The notes beneath the pieces are model-generated. The model saw only the letters and a program-made list of their open reading frames with translations. It was not told the DNA's origin and ran no database searches. Shown piece by piece: positions 1 through 12,320 of a stretch of 64,000 bases of DNA (the stretch's first letter is position 1; each line of letters opens with the position of its first letter). Source of the DNA: Squalus acanthias (taxonomy: Eukaryota); NCBI GenBank assembly GCA_030390025.1, contig CM059431.1:152274001-152338000 (forward strand), in the 5' to 3' direction. A program made the position numbers and the translations under genes.

Positions 1-573
1 TACTGGTGTTGAATATACACTAACAATACTGGTGGTGCTTCTACTCTAAAATTACTGTTGAGGACCCTACTTAACTTCACTTCTGGTGACTCCACTCTAA
101 CATTACTGGTGAGGACTCAATACTATCATTGCCGGTGGTGACACGATTCTAACATTACTGGTGATGACCCGACACTAACTTTAATGGTGGAGACCATATT
201 CTAAAATTACTGTTGTGACACAGCTCTGTGATGAGTCTAGTCCAACTTAACTGGTGGAGACAATACGCTAACCTAAATGGCGATGACACGACTCTAGCCT
301 TATTAGTGGTGATGCTACTTTAACATGACTGGTGATGCTTCTACTCTAACATAACTGGTGGTGACACTACTCTAACATTACTGATGGTGACTCTATTACA
401 ATATTACTGGTGGTGACTCTACGATAACATTATTGATGTTGACTCTGCGCTAACATTACGGGTGGTGACTCTACTGTAACATTACTGGGGGAACACAAAT
501 CTAACATTACTGGTGGTGACTCTACTCTAACTTCACTGTTGATGACCCTAAACTAAAATTACTGGTGGTGAAT
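1..573 (+). repeat. 26-bp minisatellite/satellite (consensus ACTCTAACATTACTGGTGGTGACYCT), runs off the left edge
   Basis: CTAAC recurs at 26-nt spacing (e.g. 501, 527); degenerate tandem units. Confidence 0.95.
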
Positions 574-1981
574 TTATGCAGACATTTTTTAAATATTCCT
601 TCATGGGATATGGGCGTCACTGGCGAGGTCCGCATTTATTGCCCATCACTATTTGCCGTTGAGAAGGTGTTGAAACACTTACTTGACCCGCTGCAGTCCG
701 TGTGGTGAAGGTACTCCCACAGTGCTCTTTGGGAGGCAGTTCCCGGATTTGGACCCAGTGATGATGAAAGGACGGCGATATATTCCAAATTCAGAATGTT
801 GTGTGAGCTGAAGGGGAACCTGGAGGTGATGGTGTGCCCATGCGTCAGCTGCTCTTGTCCTTCTAGTTCGTAGAGTTCATGGGATTTGGGGGGTGCTGCC
901 GAAGAAGCCTTGGCGAGTTGCTGCAGTGTATCTTGTAGATGGTACACGCTACAGCCACGGTACTCCGATGATGGAGGGAATTAATTACGGTGTTGGAAGG
1001 GACGCCAATTAAGCGGGCTACATTGACTTGCACGGTGTCGAACTTCTTTAATCTTATTAAAGCTGCACTCATCCAGACAACTGGAGAGTATTCCATAACA
1101 CTCCTGCATTGTGCCTTGTAGATTGCAGAAATGCTTTGGAGGGTCATGTGTTCATGCACTCGACGTAGAATACCCAGCCTCTGACAGGCTCTTGTTGCAG
1201 CAGTATTTATGTAGTTTGTCCAGTTACGTTTCTGGTCATTGGTGACCCTTAGGATATTGATGGTGGCTAATTCGGCAATGGTAATGTCGTTGAACGCCAA
1301 GGGACGGTTTATTAGATGCTCGCTTGTTCGAGATGGTCATTGCCTTTCAATTGTGTCGCGCGAATGTTACCTGCCACTTATCAGCCCAAGCTTAAATGCC
1401 GAAAAGATCTTGCTGCATGTGGGCATGGACTGCTTCATTTTCTTAGGAGTTGCGAATGGTACTGAACACTCTTCAGTCATCAGCGAACATCCGCACTTCT
1501 GAACTTATGATAGAGGGCAGGACATTGATGAAGCAGCTGAAGATGGCTGGACCAACACCCTTCCCTGAGGATGTCCTGCAGCGATGTCCTGGGGCGGTGA
1601 TGATTGACCCCCAATCACCACAATCATCTCCCTTTGTGCTCGGTATGACTCCAGTCCAGTGGAGAGATTCCCCCCTCCCGATTCCCATTGACTTCAGTAT
1701 TACTGTGGCTCCTTGATGCCACATTCGCCCTAATGCTGCTTTGATGTCAAGCACAGTCACTCTCACATCACCTCTGGAATTCAACTCCTTTGTCGATGTT
1801 TGGACAAAGGCTGAAATGACGTCTAGAGCCGTGTGGTCCTGGAAGAACACAAACTGAGCATCAGTGAGCAGGTTATTGGCGACTAAGTGTTACTTGATAG
1901 CTCTTTCGATGACATATTCTATCACTCTGCTATTGATTGAGAGTTTACTGATGAGGACGTAATTGGCTGGATTGTATTTGT
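1..1981 (-). repeat. Inverted segmental duplication arm, partner 12319-14262
   Basis: The LINE and diagnostic satellite variants match the reverse complement of 12319-14262 (e.g. actgggggaacacaaat vs ttgtgttcccccagt). Confidence 0.9.
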
Positions 1982-2362
1982 CCTGCTTTATGTGGACAGG
2001 ACATATCTGGGCAGTTTTAATAACTGTCGGATAGACGCCAGTGTTATAGAAACAGCTTAGCTAGTGGAGCGGCTAGTTCTAAAGCACAAGTCTTCAGAAC
2101 AACAGTCGGCATGCTGTCGGGGCCCACAGCCTTGGCTGTATCCAGTGCGCTCAGCCGTTTCTTGATAACAAGTGGATTGAATCGAATTAGCTGAAGCCTG
2201 GCTTCTGTGATGGTGGGGACCTCAGGACGAGGCTGATATGTATCATCCACTCTGCACTTCTGGCTGAAGATGGATGCACACGCTTCAGCTTTGTCTTTTG
2301 CACTCATGTGCTTTGCTCCATCAGCATTATGGATGGGGATATTCATGGCACCTCCTCCGCCC
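585..2362 (-). mobile_element. 5'-truncated, decayed CR1-group (Zenon-like) non-LTR retrotransposon inserted in the satellite
   Basis: Minus-strand ORF pieces with RT motifs (MFADD, WHQG, YKAQxRSVMEYS, DKAEACASIFSQKC); frameshifted; A-rich 3' end near 585. Clade assignment is tentative. Confidence 0.85.
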
Positions 2363-3955
2363 GTTACATTACTGGTAACTGACTCTACTCTAAAATTTCC
2401 GGTGGTGACCCTACTCTACGATTACTCGTAGTGTTCTTCCTCCATCATTACTGGTGGAGAACATAATCTAACATTTATGGTGATGACTTTAGTCTAACAT
2501 CACTGGTGATGATTCTGCTCTAACATTACAGGTGAAGACCCGACTCCAACATTCCTGGAGGTGACGCTACTATTCCATTACTTGTGGAGTTTATAATACT
2601 GGAGGACACCATATCCTAATATTACTGGTGGTGACCCTACTGTAACATTAATGGTGATGACCCTACACTAAATTTACTTTTGGTGAATCCAATGTAACAT
2701 TACTGGTGGCGAATCTATTCTAACATTACTGATTAGGACTTTACACTAACATTAGTTGTTGTGACCCTCCTCTACCAATACTGGTGTTTGTTCATTATAT
2801 ACCGTTACTTGTATTGACTCTACTCTAACATGACTGATTGTGATCATAATCTAACATTACTGGCGGTGACACTTACCTAATATTACTGGTGGTGAACCTA
2901 ATCTAACATTACTGGTGGTGACCCTACTCTAACCTTACTGGTTGTTACTCTACTCTAACATTACCGGTGGTGACACTATTCTAACATTACTGGTGGTGCA
3001 CTGAGTCTAACATTACTGATGATAGCACGACTCTAACATTATTAATGCTGACATTAATCCAACATTACTGGGACTGACTGAATTCTAACATTACTGGTGG
3101 TGAATCTACCCTAACATTACTGGCGGTAACTTAACTCTAACTTTATTGGTGTTGACGCTACTCTAACATTACTTGTGGTGACTCTACTGCAACATTAGTG
3201 GTGGTGTACCTACTCTAACTATACTGGTGGTGTCCCGACGCTAATATTAATGGTGGTGGCCCTACTCTAACATTATTGGGATAACGCTTCTCGAACGTTG
3301 CTGGTGAGGAGCCTCCTCTAACGTTACTGCTGTTGACTGTATTATAACATTACTGCTGGTGACCCGTCTCGATCAATATTGGACGTGCTGATACGATTTC
3401 ATAAATCTGCTACAACATTTCTGGTGAATACTCTAGTCTAACATTACTTTTGGTGAATCTACTCAAACATTACTGGTAGTCATGATGTGGAGATGCCGGT
3501 GTTGGACTGGGGTGGACAAATGTGAGTAGTCGCTCAACACCAGGTTATAGTCCAACAATATTGTTTGAAATCACAAGCTTACGGAGCACTGCTCCTTCGT
3601 CAGGTGAAATCTTCACCTGACGAAGGAGCAGCGCAACGAAAGCTTGTGATTTCAAATAAAGCTGTTGGAATATAATCTGGTGTTGTGTGACCCTCTCACA
3701 TTACTGGTAGTGACCTTCATGTAACAATACTGGTGGTGACCGGAATGTAACATTACTGGTGGTGATCCTACTCTAACGTTACTGATGGTGACTCTACTAT
3801 AACAATATTGTGGAGTCCCTGCACTATCATTACTGGTGATGACCCTACTGCAACCTTAATGTTGGTGACTCTACTCTATCATTACTGGTGGTGACCGTCC
3901 TCTAACATTATTGGTGGCAACTCTACTCTAACGTTACTGCGGATGACACGAAAAT
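2363..3955 (+). repeat. 26-bp satellite array, interrupted by a hairpin element at 3481-3698
   Basis: Same unit as 1-573. Confidence 0.95.
3481..3698 (-). mobile_element. Non-autonomous Penelope-derived hairpin (inverted pLTR) element with two degenerate hammerhead motifs
   Basis: ~90-bp inverted arms centred on caggtgaa-atc-ttcacctg; matches the pLTR at 34306-34433; 13-bp TSD CATTACTGGTAGT (3468-3480 / 3699-3711). Confidence 0.85.
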
Positions 3956-4717
3956 GGCCCGAAAATTAGACCTAATACGCGAGAGTACGCACTGTGTACT
4001 CTCGAGTGTTCGTTCCAGAATTGCCGGTTTCCTGCATGCACTGCGCATGCGCGGGAAACCGGAACTTCGTGTATTGCAAAGGGGGTGGTTACTCAGTCAA
4101 CCGCGTGCACGCTACAGGCTGCAGGCACTCAGTGCACTAAGTTTTTTTTCAGGTTTGAACGCGCAGGTAAGTGGTGAAGATTTTACACATAAAGAAAGGA
4201 GGCGTAGGACCCCCTTTTAACAAGGTAAGCAGTTAATTAAGTGTTATTTAATTTTTTTTTTAGCAGGTTTATCTTTTTTAGAGACTTTAAAGAAAGGTAA
4301 GTTTATTTTTATAACTTTTAAAAAGAGTTAAAATTTTTTCAAAAATTTAATTTTTTGTTTAAAGTGGTTAATTTATTTAACTATAGTTATTGTATTAATG
4401 TGATGGCTTTTCTTAATTTAATTGAGGTTTAGCTGTTCTTTTGGGGGCTTGTAGTATTCATAGCTTTGACAGCCCTTGCTGTCAAAACTATGAATGAAAG
4501 ATGGTGTGCTGCCATTGGCTCTAACTGAATCACGTGATCCCAGAGCTCGCACGAACAAATTGCGCCTTCTGGGACACGCAAGCACTGCACGCCGGCAACA
4601 AGGAGAGGCCCTGAAACTGCAGTTCGTGTTGGCCCGAAACAAAAAGGTAGGCGCGGAGTGCGATATCGCAGGGAATCCTTAACCCCGCAACAACCATCGA
4701 TGTTTAATTTCTGGGCC
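3956..4717 (+). mobile_element. PIF/Harbinger-type non-autonomous DNA transposon (MITE), 762 bp
   Basis: TIRs GGCCCGAAAATTA...TAATTTCTGGGCC; 3-bp TSD AAT (3953-3955 / 4718-4720); empty paralogous site near 42135; second copy at 19206-19966. Confidence 0.9.
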
Positions 4718-4935
4718 AATATCATTTCTGATGATGACCGTGTTCCAATCTTACTGGTGGAGAGCTTTCTCTAGTTTTATTTTATGTGATTCTACTGTAA
4801 TGCTTTTTCTGGAGATAATACTTCTCTAACATTACTGGGGGTGACCGTATTCTAATAATATGTGTGGTGACTTTACGCTGCATCTACGTCTGGTGATCGC
4901 GTTCCACCATTATTGATGGTGATTTTGCTATCACA
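4718..4935 (+). repeat. Degenerate end of the 26-bp satellite
   Basis: ctctaacattactgggggtgacc-like units. Confidence 0.7.
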
Positions 4936-6164
4936 TTAATTTTGCCAGGGCTTGAGGTTTGACTGGGCTTACTTCTATTAATATTTCTATGTTTCTAATC
5001 TATCGCATCATCCCGCAGCTCAGAGTTTACCCATCTATAAATATGCTAGCTCTTTTCTGACATCTTTGAACAGCCTAACGTTACCTGTATTAAAGCTTTA
5101 TGTTTTAATCAACTTGAGTTCTGCCATATTTTCAGAATGAATTCCGTTTCCGCAGTTATCTTTAAAAAAATGTTCCATATCGTCCTCTGGTGCGGCTTGA
5201 TTCTCACTTCCACCATCAATTGTATTATAAACCCAAGGAGAATATTATATATATAAACCATGCCTTCATCTTCCTCAATCATATCGGCACCATCACTGCC
5301 CAGCAATCATATCCGTTCTCTCACGGTATGTGGAGCGAAACTTCCACATTCGATGGGGTTGTAAAAGTGGCGGTAGAGGATCGTCCGCCCATTACACACC
5401 ACGCCCGATTTTACATCGTGATTTCTCCAAAGCCATTTTCTGATCCGTCTGCAGTTGAAAAGTATAAAATCCACTCACTGGGGATAATTCTAGCTTTAGG
5501 CGATTATGTAAAATTGCCGAAATAGAAATGGTCACCTATATTACGCCCCGCCCAATTTTTCCACTTCACTGAATTGTAAGCGAAGGAAAATCGACCTTGG
5601 TGTATAACGAGCGGCCAATTCTATATCATTCATGTTGACCACCGCTTACATTTAAAATCACCCCACTCATTCAATCAAACTTTAGAACAACAGCAGTGAT
5701 GCCAATGACGATTGCAGGTGAAACAATTCTCCATTAATTACTCTTAACGCTCCATTGCCTTGCACACCTTTACCAAGTGCTTCATTGCTACCAAATTGAT
5801 ACAATTCCCTGCATGGATTGAGCGTTTTTTTGATTCTCAGGGTTTGGTTTTTAGATCGATATTGATTAGAAATAAACTATTCACTGTTTCTTGTATAATC
5901 AAAATTTCAGTTTTGAAATACAACATGATTAATTATATTAAATTAAAACACTACCGTTTACTGATGGCGTGCATTGTCAGCTTGGCAGTTTAAGAAAATT
6001 CATTCACTAGCTAATTTGCCTAGTATTTATAATGGATTTGTAATAAAATTGCAAAACCTCGTGACTAGCAATAGGAACACAAAATTAAAAAAATGCTGCT
6101 GTTATAAATCTGAAGCAAAACCAGAAAATGTTGCAAGCATTCATCATCTGTGGATAAAACAGAC

Positions 6165-6410
6165 ACAGCAACAAAAACAAATGACATTTCTACATCGACC
6201 ATAAAGTTGTAAAACGTCCCAAGGCGTTTCACAGATGCGTTATCAGGCAAGAATTTGACACCGAGCCACATAAGGACACATTACCAAAAGTCTGGACAAA
6301 AAGGTCTGTCTGTCTGTCGCTCTCCTTCTCTCTGCTGCTCCCTGCAGTGGGACTTGAACCAACAAACTTCTGACTCAGAGGCGAAAATCTTACCAACTGA
6401 AAGTAAAACT
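6165..6410 (-). mobile_element. Internally deleted tRNA-head SINE with L2-like 3' tail
   Basis: Minus strand reads GAGTCAGAAG..GGTTCAAGTCCCAC (B box) and tail TGTGAAACGCCTTGGGAC...GTTGCTG; paralog at 40485-40720. Confidence 0.65.
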
Positions 6411-6519
6411 CCTCTGTACCCTTTCCAAGGCATTGGCATCCTTGCTAAAGTGTGACGTCCAGAATTAAACACAATACAACAGCTCTGGCCAAATTAGTGT
6501 TTTAAGATGGTTTAGCATT

Positions 6520-7977
6520 ATCATACAGTAATAAAGTCATAGAGTTATACAGCACAGAAAGAGGCCTTTGGCCCATCGTGTCCGCGCCGACTATCAACCC
6601 CTATCTATTCTAATCCCGTTTTCCAGCACGTAGTCCGTAGCCTTGTATGCTCTGCAGTTTCAAGCGCTCATCTAAATGCTTCTTGAATGTTGTGAGTGTT
6701 CCTGCCTCTAGCACCTTTTCAGGTAGTGAGTTCCAGATTCCAAACACGCTCTGGGTGAAAATGTTTTCCCTCAAATCCCCTCTAAACCTCTCTCCCTTAC
6801 CTTGTCCCTGGCTATTGATCCCTCTACTGAGGGGAACTGTTAATTTCTATTTACCCTGTCTGTGCCCCTCATAATTCTGTACACCTCAATCAGGCCCTCC
6901 CCTCAGCCTTCTCTGCTGTAAGGAAAACAACCCCAGCCTGTCCACTCTCTCTTCATAGCTGAAGCGCTCAAGCACAGGTAACATCCTGGAGAATCTCCTC
7001 TGCACCCTCTCTAATGCAATCACATTCCTCCTTTTGTGTGGTGACCAGAACTGCACATAGTTTTCCAGCTGTGGCCTAACTAGCGTTTTGTACAGCTCCA
7101 TCATAAACTCTCTGCTCTTATATTCTATGCCTCGGCTAATGAAGGCAAGTATCCCATATGCCTTTTCAATCACCTTATCTACCTGCCCTGCTGCCTTCAG
7201 GGATCTAGGTACATGCACACCAAGGTCCCTCTAATCCTCTGTCCTTCCTACGATCCTACCATGCATTGTGCATTCCCTTGCCTTGTTTGTCCTCCCAAAA
7301 TACACCACCTCTCACTTTTCAGGGTTAAATCCCATTTGCCACTGTTCTGCCCATCTAACCGTTCAGGCTATATCGTCCTGTACCCTGAGGCTTCCCTCCT
7401 CGCTATTTACCACTCCACCAATTTTCGTGTCATCTGCGAACTTACTGAGCATACCTCCGACATTCATATCAAAATCATTAATGTACACTACTAACAGCAA
7501 AGGACCAAGCACCGATCCCTGCGTTACACCAATGGACACAGGCTTCCAGTCTCAAAAACAACCTTCCATCATCACTCTCTGCCTCCTGCTAATTTTGGAT
7601 CCAATGTGCCATATTACCCTGGATCCCATGGGCTCTTACCTACTTGAGCAGTCTCCCATGCGGAACTTTGTCAAAAGCCTTACTGAAGTCCATGTAGACT
7701 ACATCAACTGCACTACCCTCATCCACACACCTAGTCATCCACACGAAAAAGTCAATCAATTTGGTCAGACATGATCTCCCCCTGACAAAGCCACGCTGAC
7801 TATCCCTGATTAATCCCTGACTCTCCAAGTGGAGACTGATTCTGTCGCTCAGAATTTTTCCCAATCATTTCCCTACCACTGATGTTAGGCTCACTGGCCA
7901 GTAATTCCCTGCTTTATCACTACTACCCTTCTTGAACAATGGCACTACGTTAGCTGTTCTGCAATCCTCCGGCACCT
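6520..7977 (-). mobile_element. 5'-truncated CR1 LINE specific to cassette A
   Basis: RT motifs (YMDFSKAFDKVPH, LVRPQLENYVQFWSP); empty site at ~40360-40370 (tttagcatt|cccctcaatag on the minus strand). Confidence 0.92.
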
Positions 7978-8696
7978 CCTCAATAGTCTCTCATCAGAGA
8001 GAGAAGACCTGTTGTGTCATTGCTGCATTAAGCCGACGTCCCAGATTTGAAAAATATATTTTGCGATTTTTGAGATTGGGTGCTTATACAAATGTTAAAT
8101 AAATATTCTTCTTGCAACTTTATAGAGTGCTCTTTGCACAGCCCACTAAACATAATTAGCAAAATCTGAAAAGCTTTTGCCTGCACACAGTAAACATATC
8201 CGCTGGGGTTTGATGGTCATTTTCACAACCGAACTGCACACTGAGGAAAGCAGCAAAACCTCCAAAACTTCTGCTGATTAAATATTGTCAGCTGACGAAT
8301 CAGCAGAGGATAACGAGAAAACATAAGATGGTGCTTTAATACTGAGATAATATGATAATATTAACCTCAATCTGCAAGACTGCGATAATAATAAATCAGT
8401 TCACTATTTGAAGGTTAAGTTTATTCTGGAGATTTGCAGCATTGTCTCAATGGGGTAGGTTTACATTTTAACTTGGATCCCTAGACTGATTTTTGATTAT
8501 GCTGAAAACTTTATGAAAGCTAATGCGATATCCAGTTCTAAAAAGAGAATACTTGTCCAATTCGGGTTCAGTCGTTACAGAGGCAGACTAACTCAATGTA
8601 ATACCTTAAAAACAAATATTTATACAGAGGGTCGACCATAAAAATAGAATATAGGAAAGCTACGATATACTAACAGAGAAAGATACAAAGACATAT

Positions 8697-11362
8697 AGGC
8701 CAGTGGTGTCGCAATATTAGTCAAGGAGTCAATTGCTGCTGTAAGGAGGGATGATATTTTAGCAGGTTCCTCTAATGAGGCCATATGGGTGGAACTTAAA
8801 AACAAAAAGGGGGCAAGCACTTTGCTGGGAGTGTACTATAGGCCCCCAAACAGTCAGGGGTAGATAGAGGAATAAATATGTCGGCAAATCTCAGAGAAAT
8901 GTGGAAATAATAGGGTAATAATAGTAGGAGATTTCAACTTCCCCAATATTAACTGGGATTTCAGAGTGTGAAAGGCTTAGAGGGTGCGGAATTCTAAAAG
9001 TGCTTTCAGGAGAGCTTTTTGAGCCAACATGTAGAAATTCCTTCAAGAGAGGGAGCGGTACTGGACCTAATTCTATGGAATGTAGCTGGGCAAGTGGTAG
9101 AAGTCTTAGGAGGAGAGCATTTTGGTGACAGTGACCATAATTCGGTGAGATTTAAGGTAGTCATGGAAAAGGACAAAGATCGACCGGAGATAAAGGTCCT
9201 AAATTGGGGGAAGGCCGATTTTAATATGATAAGGCAGGATCTGGCCAAAGTGGACTGGGATCAGCTACTTGTAGGAAAATCCATATCAGAGCAGTGGGAG
9301 TCTTTCAGAAATGAATATAAAGAGTACAACGGCAACATATTGCCGTAAAGGTCAAGGGTGGGACCAACAAGCCCAGGGAACCCTGGATGTCAAGGGATAT
9401 ACGAGAAGAGATTCCCAAAAAAGGGAGGCTTTTGGCAGATATAAAAAAGGACTAAAAACAGAGGAAGCTCCAGAGAAGTATAGAAAGTGCAGGGGTGTAC
9501 TTAAAAAATAATTTAGGTGAGCGATAAGGCAGGCAAAAGAAAGGAAAATCCCAAGGTGTTTTATAAGTATATTAAGGGCAAGAGGTAAGCAGGGAAGGAG
9601 TAGGGCCCATTAGGGACCAAAGTGGCAATCTGTGTGTAGAGCCAGAAGATGTAGGTGAGGTTTTAAATGAATATTTTGCATCTCTGTTCACTATGGAAAA
9701 GGACGATGTTGGCATAGAAGTCAGGCAGGGGGATTGTGATATACTTGAATCAATTAGTATTGAGAGGGAGGGGGTACTCGCGGTTTTAGCGGCCTTGAAA
9801 GTGGATGAATCCCCAGGCCCAGGCGAGATGTATCCCAGGCTGCTTTGTGAGGCAAGGGAGGAGATTGCAGGGCCTCTGACACACATTTTCAGATCATCTC
9901 TGGCCACAGGGGAGGTGCCAGAGGACTGGAGAACAGCTAACGTAGTAACATTATTCAAGAAGGGTAGTAGGGATAAACCATTAAATTACAGGCCAGTGAG
10001 CCAACATCAGTGTTAGGGAAATTATTGGAAAACATTCTGAGGGACAGAATTACTTTCCACTTGAAGAGGCAAGGCTTAATCAAGGAAAGCCAGCATGGAT
10101 TTGTCAGGGGGAGATAATGTCTGACTAATTTGATTGACTTTTTCGAGGGGGTGATGAGGGTAGTGCAGTTGATGTGGTCTACATGGAATTCAGTAAGGCT
10201 TTCGACAAAGTCCCGCATGGGAGACTGGTCAAGAAGGTAAGAGCCCATGGGATCCAGGGCAACTTGGCACATTGGATCCAAAATTTTCTTAGTGGCAGGA
10301 GGCAGAGGGTGATGGTCGCAGGTTGATTTTGTGACTGGAAGCCTGTGTCCAGTGGTGGACCGCACGGATCGGTGATGGGTGTTTTGCTGTTTGTAGTGTT
10401 CATTAATGGTTTAGATATGAATGTAGGAGGTAGATCAGTAAGTTCGCAGGTGGCACGAAAATTGGTGGGGTGGTAAATAGCGAGTAGGGAAGGCTCAGGC
10501 TACAGGACGATATAGACGTGTTGGTCAGATGGGCAGAACAGAGGCAAATGGAATATAACCCTGAAAAGTGTGAGTTGATGCATTTTGAGAGGACTAACAA
10601 GGCAAGGGAATAAACAATGAATCGTAGGACCCTAGGACGGACAGAGGATCAGAGGGACTTTGGTCTGCATGTGCATAGATCCCTTAAGGCAGCAGGACAG
10701 GTAGATAAGGTGGTTAAAAATGCATATGGGATACTTGCCTTCATTAGCCGAGCCATAGAATATAAGGAGCAGAAAGTTTATGATGGAGCTGTACAAAACG
10801 CTATTTAGGAGACAGCTGGAATACTGTGTGCAGTTCTGGTCGCCACACGATAGGGAAGATGTGATTGCGTTGCAGGTGTGCAGAGGAGATTCACCAGGAT
10901 GTCACCTGGGCTGCAGCGCTTCAGCTTTGAACAGAGACTGTACAGGCTGGGTTTTTTTTTCCTTGGAGCATAGAAGGCTGAGTGGGGACCTGATTGAGGT
11001 GTACAGAATTATGAGGGGCATAAATAGGATAGATAGAAAGGAACTTTTCCCCTTAGTAGTGGGGTCAATAACAAGGGGACATATTTTCAGGGTAAGGGGC
11101 AGGAGGTTTAGAGGGAATTTGAGGAAAGACATTTTCACCCAGAGTGTGTTTGGAATCTGGAACTCACTGCCTGAAAGGTGGTAGAGGCAGGAACCCTCAC
11201 AACATTCAAAACGCATTTAGATGAGCACTTGAAATGCCATAGCATACAAGGCTCCGGACCAAGTGCTGGAAAATGGGATTTGAATAAACAGGGCTTGATG
11301 GCCGGTGCGGACTCGATTGGCCGAAGGGCCTCTTTCTGTGCTGTGTAACTCTATGACTCTAT
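8697..11362 (+). mobile_element. CR1 LINE ORF2 (endonuclease + RT), decayed, specific to cassette A
   Basis: EN motifs (GDFN, LDLIL, SDHN), RT motifs, (CTATGACT)n tail; empty site near 39637. Confidence 0.93.
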
Positions 11363-11424
11363 GACAATCAATAAGGGTATTTTATAGGCATATTACTAAT
11401 TAGAGGACATGCGATTTAATATTT

Positions 11425-12320
11425 TATATTAATGACCTTCTCTTGAGTGGACAGGGCATCATATTAGCGTTTGCAAATGCCACAAAAATTGGAAATGTAA
11501 TAAATAGTGAGGAGGATAGTAACAGACTTCAGGAGGACACTGGCCGGTGAAATGGGCAGACACATGGCAGATGGAATTTAATGCAGAAAAGTGTTAAGTG
11601 ATTCATTTTGGATGGAAGAACGAGAAGAGGCAATATAAACTAAATGGTACAATTTAAATGGGGTGCAGGAACAGAAAGGTGGACGTACACACATCTTTGA
11701 AGCTGGCAGGACAAGTCGATACAGCTGTTAAAAAAGCAAACGGGAATCATTGGCTTTATAAATCGAGGCATAGATAACAAAAGTTAGAAAGTTATGGTAA
11801 ACCTTGATAAACACTGGTTAGGTCTCAACTGGAGTTTTGTGTCAAGTTTTGGGTACCACACTTTAGGAAGGATGTCAAGGTATTAGAGAGGGTACAGGAA
11901 AGATTTAGTGGAATGGTGCGAGAGATGAAGGACTTTAGTTGTACTGCAGAAGCTGGGGTTGTTCTTCTCAAAAGAGAGAAGGTTAAGGGCAGGTTTTAAA
12001 GAGCTGTTCAAAATAATGCGGCGTTTTGACAGATTAAATAAGGAGAAACTGTTACCATTGGCAGGATGGATCGGTAAGCAGAGGACACAGCTTTAAGTGA
12101 ATTGGCATAAGCACCAGAGGGGGAGAAGAGTAGACTTTTTTTATGCAGCGAGTTGATGTGATCTGGAATGCACTTCCTGAAAGGGCGGTGAAAGCAGATT
12201 CAATTATAATCTTCAAAAGGGAATTAGATATATAGTTCAAAGGGGGAAAAGTGCAGGGCTATGTGGAAAGAGCTCCCGAGGAGTCGGATTCATTGGACAG
12301 TTCTTTTCAAGTGCCGGCAC
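11425..12320 (+). mobile_element. Older CR1 3' fragment
   Basis: Degenerate RT C-terminus and 3' UTR; paralog at 38690-39575 (-). Confidence 0.8.

Larger units (their letters stand above)
3400..12320 (-). repeat. Inverted segmental duplication (cassette A), partner ~38690-42640
   Basis: 4720-6519, 7978-8695 and 11363-12320 are colinear reverse complements of ~42135-40370, 40360-39640 and 39635-38690; only insertions differ. Confidence 0.9.

Noticed and set aside
1..3955. 26-bp periodic array as a CRISPR array or a coding repeat
   Set aside because: No unique spacers, eukaryotic context, unit length not a multiple of 3 and stop-rich; ordinary satellite
5298..5596. CpG-rich ~300-bp segment (paralog 41271-41567) as an old MITE
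   Set aside because: Ends are only weakly complementary, no clear TSD, and no empty site is available
7268..7774. Antisense ORFs over CR1 copies (many similar entries in the ORF track)
   Set aside because: Shadow frames of RT-coding sequence
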